Positions 58,851-64,000 of a stretch of DNA of 64,000 nt are shown here, piece after piece. Source of the stretch: Thermodesulfobacteriota bacterium. GTDB lineage: Bacteria > Desulfobacterota_D > UBA1144 > Nemesobacterales > Nemesobacteraceae. Position 1 is the stretch's first letter; each line of letters begins with the position of its first letter. Location of the stretch: assembly GCA_965204795.1 (NCBI GenBank), contig OZ242012.1:99325-163324 (forward strand), written 5' to 3'. Below the pieces are notes generated by a model. That model was given only the letters and a program-made list of their open reading frames with translations. It did no database searches and was not told the origin of the DNA. Made by a program: the position numbers and the translations under genes.

Positions 58851-59669
58851 ATGGAAATGTCAACTCCGCCACTGACGAACCGAAGCGTAAAGTCGACGGG
58901 AGGAGGGAGAAAATTGATAGAGGGTCTTCGAGCCAATCTAGAAACCATAAAAGACGACTCGATACGCTCTTTCATCCAAGACGCAATCAAGTGCTACGAA
59001 GGGGAACTGTACCGCCCCGCAATTCTAATGTCTTGGATGGCGGCCATTTATATATTGTACAAGCATGTGCATAACAAGTGTCTGAAGGAGTTTAACGAGG
59101 AAGCCAAAAGCAAGGACGGCAAATGGAAAGCCGCCAAGGAGATAGACGACTTGGGAAGAATGAAAGAAGTCGTCTTTCTAGACCGACTTGAAGCTTTGGC
59201 CGTCATTGATAGAACCAGAAAAAATCAACTGGGAATTTGCCTTAAACTACGCAACATCTGTAGTCACCCGAGTTCATTGGAAATCAGTTCTACGATTGCG
59301 GATGCACACTTCGAGATGTTGCTTCACAATGTCTTCAGCGAGTCTCGGTTCACAGACGACATTGTTCAACCACCGGAGACAATTGGTATAGAATTAATTC
59401 AAAGAAGGGTAGGCGCATTTTTCGGGGTGAGGGTGGGTGACCTGAAATCCAGCAAGAAACAGAAAAGCATTTCGATGCCAAGGCAGGTAGCAATGTTTCT
59501 GTGCAGGGAGCATACACGTTGCTCCTTTCCCGAGATTGCAAGAAAATTCGGCGGAAGGGATCATTCTACAGCTGTTCATGCGGTGAAAAACATAGAAAGG
59601 AAAATCAAGGAGGATCCGTACATTTTCAACGCCGTGTCAGAAATTTCCCGGGAGCTGAAAAGAAATTAG
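58851..59669 (+). CDS. HEPN-like (DUF4145-type) domain fused to DnaA C-terminal DNA-binding domain IV
   Basis: FIQDAIKCYEGELYRPAILMSW and LRNICSHP (Rx4H). C-terminal IQRRVGAFFGV...MPRQVAMFLCREHT..SFPEIARKFGGRDHSTAVHAVKNI is the DnaA domain IV signature; no AAA+ domain. Confidence 0.8.
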   Translation: MEMSTPPLTNRSVKSTGGGRKLIEGLRANLETIKDDSIRSFIQDAIKCYEGELYRPAILMSWMAAIYILYKHVHNKCLKEFNEEAKSKDGKWKAAKEIDDLGRMKEVVFLDRLEALAVIDRTRKNQLGICLKLRNICSHPSSLEISSTIADAHFEMLLHNVFSESRFTDDIVQPPETIGIELIQRRVGAFFGVRVGDLKSSKKQKSISMPRQVAMFLCREHTRCSFPEIARKFGGRDHSTAVHAVKNIERKIKEDPYIFNAVSEISRELKRN

Positions 59670-59848
59670 GCTCGACGGCTTCAAAACCCGATTCTACAGT
59701 GTCTTGGCAACTCAATTTCAACGACTGACTCCAGACTTGATGAGAAAGTTTAGTCATGATGACCCGACCTTCGAGTCTGCGAGCGGCAGACGAATAAGCT
59801 GGAGACGGGAAAAACTTTCAGCAAGGGATGTCAAGTCGTTGAGAAGCG

Positions 59849-60030
59849 CTACCTGGTTTTTTCGCCGGCAAATCGTTCTGCTGAAATACCGGACCTTTCT
59901 ACGATGTATTTAATGGTTCCTGCCGGGATGTCCTTGCCTTTGTGTTGCGGAACGATAACCGTTCGCCCGCTTTTTGTTTTCGTACTTGAAATGACTGCCT
60001 TCTGAGCTTTTGAAAGCGAATCTAGAAGTA
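59849..60030 (-). pseudogene. HicA-family toxin remnant, frameshifted
   Basis: FAFKSSEGSHFKYENK, then after a one-base shift in an A-run SGRTVIVPQHKGKDIPAGTIKYIVERSGISAERF..*; N-terminus not recognisable and no HicB seen. Confidence 0.7.
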
Positions 60031-60107
60031 ACTACGACCCTTCCGCGGAACGAACCACCCGCCTCGCGAAGAACCGCCTGCGTGGAAAAGACGGTATAAT
60101 TCCCCGA

Positions 60108-61616
60108 ATGCCCATGTCGCTCAACATCAGGCCGCTTGAAGTCGACCCGGAAAATCCCCACGCGAACGACGCGCTCGGCAGGGAAGGAGACTGCCTCATG
60201 CTGGCGGACCTTATCGGGGAAACCGGCGGGCCCTTCACCCTGGCCGTCGACGCGGAATGGGGAGACGGGAAGACCGTCTTCGTAAGGATGCTGGGAGCTC
60301 ATCTCGCGGGGCGGGGCTTTCGCTGCGTGTCGTTCAGCGCGTGGGAATGCGACTTCCACGACGAGCCTCTCGCCCCGCTGATCGCCGAAATCGGCAGGCA
60401 GGCTTCGGAAGACGCTCCAAAGATAAAAACTAGGGGAAACAAGCTGTACGGATGCTTCAAGAAAGTCGTCAAGGTCGCCCACCCCGCCGCGGGAGCGGTT
60501 ATCGAAAGTGTCGAGGAACTGGCCGGCGGGGAAGAAACGGGCGGTTACGACTTCATGACGCCTTACGAAGAATACCGCTCCGCACTGAAAGGATTCAGGG
60601 AATGCCTGGAAATCTTTTCCCGGAAAGAGGGAAACGGCAAGTCGCTGGTCGTGTTCATAGACGAGGTCGACCGCTGCCGTCCCGACTTCGCCGTCAAGAC
60701 GCTCGAGAGGGTGAAACACATATTCAACGTTCCTTCACTGATTTTCGTCATGGCGGTCAACAGGAGGGAGCTTGCAAGCGTGGTGAAGTCGTTTTACGGA
60801 TGCGAAGACGGGGAGAAGTATCTCGAGAAGTTCTTCGACCTGGTGTTTCACTTGAGAAACGAAAGAACTCTCGTCGGGGCGTCCCTGGCAGAGGTAGGCA
60901 TAGGCCGTTTTCTTGCCAGGGTAAAGCTGGCAACGGGATACGTCTCACCAAACCGACACGTGGAATGGTTCAACGGTTACCTGACGTCCCTTTCAGAAAC
61001 TTTCAATTTTTCCCTGCGGGTTCAGCAGAAGCTCGTCAGGATGCTGTGCATCGCGTTGAGAACGGTTGATTACGATTTTGCGTCCAGAGGAATCCCGGCG
61101 GAGGGTGGTCATGTCGACGTTTATTGGCAACTTGTGTTCAGATACCCGATTCTCTGCTATTTCCTCGCTCTTCGGGTCGCGAACCCCGACCTGTTTCACC
61201 GCTCGGTCGAAAGCGACACCGAGGAGGCTTTTCCGTGGGAAGAACACATCCGTTTCTATCTTTACAAGCTAGGCCTGGAGAAAACACCGAATACGGAAAA
61301 TCCTATCAATCTGCACCTGCTGCGTCCCTTGAAACCGGATACAGACAACGCTTGCTACCGGCAAGACCATTCTCTCGCTCCGCTGGAAACCGTGAATTCC
61401 GACGAAAGAGTTCTAATCAGTCTTTCTCTTGTGGCTCTTGCCTGCTTGTTGACCCCATCGTTTACGATACACAATCTAAACGACGGAAACCGCTTCGCCA
61501 CGCAGATAGAAGCTATCCAGAAAATCATGCAGGTCTCAATGAAGGACTACGCTTCCTTCCGTGAATTTCTCAGGGCGGTCGACTTCGCGGGGAAGTTCTA
61601 CCAGCGGGGAAGCTGA
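60108..61616 (+). CDS. KAP family P-loop NTPase
   Basis: DAEWGDGKT, FSAWECDF, FIDEVDRCRP, LERVKHIF, YLEKFFD; TATAAT lies just upstream of the start. Confidence 0.9.
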   Translation: MPMSLNIRPLEVDPENPHANDALGREGDCLMLADLIGETGGPFTLAVDAEWGDGKTVFVRMLGAHLAGRGFRCVSFSAWECDFHDEPLAPLIAEIGRQASEDAPKIKTRGNKLYGCFKKVVKVAHPAAGAVIESVEELAGGEETGGYDFMTPYEEYRSALKGFRECLEIFSRKEGNGKSLVVFIDEVDRCRPDFAVKTLERVKHIFNVPSLIFVMAVNRRELASVVKSFYGCEDGEKYLEKFFDLVFHLRNERTLVGASLAEVGIGRFLARVKLATGYVSPNRHVEWFNGYLTSLSETFNFSLRVQQKLVRMLCIALRTVDYDFASRGIPAEGGHVDVYWQLVFRYPILCYFLALRVANPDLFHRSVESDTEEAFPWEEHIRFYLYKLGLEKTPNTENPINLHLLRPLKPDTDNACYRQDHSLAPLETVNSDERVLISLSLVALACLLTPSFTIHNLNDGNRFATQIEAIQKIMQVSMKDYASFREFLRAVDFAGKFYQRGS

Positions 61617-61929
61617 ACTGGCCGCGGTTAGAGAGCCTGCGGGGACCTGGATTTGCGAAAGAATTGGCGCTTTGTTTTTCACCGCTTACACTTTTCTTTA
61701 TAATCTGCAGTGGGCGATCAATTCCGCCGTTCATTACAATTTCTGGGCGAATCTTCAGGCGGAAGAGTTTCGACTCGTCGCGGAGGCGTTTTCCGATATC
61801 CTGGACACCATGAAGTGCGGAAATTGCGAAAGTTACGTGGAGACGCATCGCCATAAGGGCGAGGACGCGGAGATACGCTGCGACTGCGGGGAGCTTTTCG
61901 TAAACCTCAGGAAAAAGAAAGCCGGATAG
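61617..61929 (+). pseudogene. possible C-terminal remnant of a larger ATPase, with Zn-ribbon-like tail
   Basis: QWAINSAVHYNFWANL...KCGNC...IRCDCG; no convincing start or RBS; family assignment from memory only. Confidence 0.35.
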
Positions 61930-62046
61930 CCGTCGCCGGTGAACCGGCACGGAAAAAGCGACCTCTCCCGTCCCCACCGATAGTCACCCCCCCCCCCGCC
62001 GTCGCCGAAACCTTCGAAAACCGCATGCCGAGCTTCGGGACGGTTT

Positions 62047-62074
62047 TTGACAACCGTCATTGTTGCATTATGTT
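62047..62074 (+). promoter_or_regulatory. candidate sigma70 promoter of the dnd operon
   Basis: TTGACA-16 nt-TATGTT. Confidence 0.45.
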
Positions 62075-62248
62075 TTTTGCCTGGCGGGAGATTAAGGATG
62101 GGCGGGGCGGCGCGGTTGTCTCGGAATGTTTTCCCCCGTCCCGCCGTCGCCGACCGGGACCGCAGGCCTCCGTACCGTTCCCGCTTCCGTGACGGCGTTG
62201 GTTGCGGAGCCCGGTGCGCCCGGTCGTCGCGAGCCGCTTGAGGAGGAG

Positions 62249-63493
62249 ATGATGACCGACCCGTCGCTTGGACAGGCCGACCTGCCGATGTCCCGTTCCG
62301 CCCCGCAAGTCTCCGTTCCGGTCGCGGAGCGCCCGGACGGCGACGCCGTCTATCTAGACTACGCGGCGACCACGCCCGTGGACCCCGCGGTCGCCGTCGC
62401 CATGAACGATTTTCTCACGGCGGACGGGGCCTTCGGAAATCCCGCTTCCGCGACCCACGCGTTCGGCCGCGAGGCGGCGGAGGCCGTCGAGCGCGCAAGG
62501 GAGGAAGTGGCCCTGCTTCTGTGTTCCCGGCCCGGGGAGATAGTCTGGACCTCGGGGGCGACCGAAGCCATCAACCTAGCCCTGAAAGGCGCCGCGCTAG
62601 CCCGCCGGGACCGCGGCGGCCACGTCGTCACGTCGCCCCTGGAGCACAGGGCCACTCTGGATTCGGTCGCCTGGCTCGAGACGCGGGGATTCTCGGTAAG
62701 CTGCGTCGAGCCCGACGGTTCGGGGAACGTGACGGCGGACGGTCTCTCCAGGGCGCTTCGGCCGGATACCGTCGTCGTGTCCCTTATGCACGTCAACAAC
62801 GAGACGGGAACCGTCACCGACATCGCCTCGCTGGGGCGGGCGGTGCGCGAGTGCGGAGCGCTGCTGCACGTGGACGCGGTCCAGGGGGCGGGGCGGCTTC
62901 CCATGGACGACGTCGCCGCGGTCGCCGACCTTATATCGGTCAGCGCGCACAAGATATACGGGCCGAAGGGAGTGGGCGCCCTGCGCGTCCGAAGGTCTCT
63001 TATGGCCGAGATGGTTCCGCAGATTCACGGGGGCGGGCACGAATCCGGACTGCGCTCCGGCACCATTGCCACGCATCAGGTCGCGGGCATGGGCCGGGCC
63101 GCCGCCATCGTGCGCAGGCGTCGCGAGGTCGACGCCAGGCGCGTTCGCGCTCTCGACCGTCGTCTTCGCGCCCGTCTCGAGCGGATCGAAGGGGCGGAGA
63201 TAAACGGCGACCCCGACAATCGCGTCCCGGGCATTCTCAACGTCGCCTTCGCAGGCGTCCAGGCGGAATCGCTGATGATGGCTCTCGGCGGAGTCGCCGT
63301 TTCCTCGGGCTCCGCCTGCACCTCGGCCGACGTCGAACCGTCGCACGTTCTCCTGGCCCTCGGCTGCGGTTCCGACCGCGCCCTTTCGTCGGTCAGGTTC
63401 AGTTTCGGGCGTTTCACGGCGGCCGGGGAAATCGACCGCGCGGGACGGCTGGTCGGGGAAGCCGTGACGACGCTGCGGAGGCTCGCGCGATGA
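62249..63493 (+). CDS. dndA: cysteine desulfurase (IscS-like), DndA by context
   Basis: YLDYAATTP, FGNP, TSGATEA, HVNNETG, HVDAVQ, SAHKIYGPKG, SSGSAC; ATG after GAGGAGG; stop overlaps the dndC start. Confidence 0.85.
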   Translation: MMTDPSLGQADLPMSRSAPQVSVPVAERPDGDAVYLDYAATTPVDPAVAVAMNDFLTADGAFGNPASATHAFGREAAEAVERAREEVALLLCSRPGEIVWTSGATEAINLALKGAALARRDRGGHVVTSPLEHRATLDSVAWLETRGFSVSCVEPDGSGNVTADGLSRALRPDTVVVSLMHVNNETGTVTDIASLGRAVRECGALLHVDAVQGAGRLPMDDVAAVADLISVSAHKIYGPKGVGALRVRRSLMAEMVPQIHGGGHESGLRSGTIATHQVAGMGRAAAIVRRRREVDARRVRALDRRLRARLERIEGAEINGDPDNRVPGILNVAFAGVQAESLMMALGGVAVSSGSACTSADVEPSHVLLALGCGSDRALSSVRFSFGRFTAAGEIDRAGRLVGEAVTTLRRLAR

Positions 63494-64000
63494 CCGCGTC
63501 CGCGACCCCGGGCGGCGCTCTCGCGACCCTGCCCGACCGCCTCGAGGCCGTGCGGAGCGTGATCGGGAAGGAATACGCGAAGAGGCACCGCCATCCGTGG
63601 GTAGTCGCCTACTCCGGCGGTAAGGACTCCACGCTGCTGCTTCATCTGGTGTGGGAGGTCGTGGCGGAACTTCCCGCCGGGGAGCGGAGGCGCCCCGTGC
63701 TGGTCGTCGGAAACGACACACTGGTCGAATCCCCCCTGGTCGTCAGGCACATGAAGGACTCGCTCGGGAAGATCGACAGGGCGGCGGAGAGACAGGATCT
63801 TCCGATAGAAACCGAGATCACCGAGCCGTGCATAGACCAGACGTTCTGGGTAAGCGTCATAGGCCGCGGCTACATTCCGCCCACGAGGAATTTCCGGTGG
63901 TGCACCGACAGGATGAAGATACTGCCCACGAACCGGCTGCTGGAGCGGCTCGCGCGGGAGGCGGGGGGATGCGTTCTGCTCGTCGGCACGCGGCGGGCCG
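63490..64000 (+). CDS. dndC: DNA phosphorothioation sulfurtransferase DndC, 5' part; runs off the window edge
   Basis: Manual translation: PWVVAYSGGKDSTLLL, NDTLVESP, QTFWVSVIGRGYIPPTRNFRWCTDRMKILP, LLVGTRR. Confidence 0.92.
   Translation, partial: MTASATPGGALATLPDRLEAVRSVIGKEYAKRHRHPWVVAYSGGKDSTLLLHLVWEVVAELPAGERRRPVLVVGNDTLVESPLVVRHMKDSLGKIDRAAERQDLPIETEITEPCIDQTFWVSVIGRGYIPPTRNFRWCTDRMKILPTNRLLERLAREAGGCVLLVGTRRA

Noticed and set aside
58851-59669. Calling this dnaA / the replication origin
   Set aside because: Only domain IV is present; no Walker motifs, no dnaN or gyrB, and no DnaA-box cluster seen.
62249-63493. Housekeeping iscS/nifS
   Set aside because: Coupled to dndC, with no isc/suf genes nearby.
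1-64000. CRISPR arrays, tRNA/rRNA genes, integron attC arrays, IS elements
   Set aside because: No regularly spaced repeats, cloverleaf sequences, integrase or transposase motifs were found by eye; short or degenerate elements could have been missed.

Overview
Bacterial accessory region with two blocks separated by one host-like outer-membrane beta-barrel gene (16429-18042). Left: a partial DNA methyltransferase, a tandem gene duplication, several DUF genes and a very GC-rich F/SXT-type conjugation cluster on the minus strand (traD, HD-domain relaxase-like gene, traA-L-E-K-B-V-C, trbI-like, S26 peptidase, traW). No traU/N/F/H/G or integrase is visible in the window. Right (18.3-64 kb): a dense anti-phage defence island with PRTase-like + NADAR, a 2008-aa HNH/helical-repeat/PIN-like protein and its truncated paralog, a UvrD helicase, a DUF6884-glycosylase-like fusion, DUF4238, two Avs3a-like STAND nucleases (one with Avs3b), a caspase-like protein, a KAP NTPase, the start of a dndA-dndC phosphorothioation operon and several gene remnants. 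The top candidate for an undescribed system is an operon next to a CapH/CapP-like regulator pair, encoding a metallo-beta-lactamase-fold protein with a C-terminal ...KGFG tail and a single 1169-aa E2-E1-JAB-patatin polypeptide with all catalytic motifs intact and no cyclase. Second is a HEPN-like protein fused to the DnaA DNA-binding domain IV. All family calls are motif recognition by eye; no database search was run.
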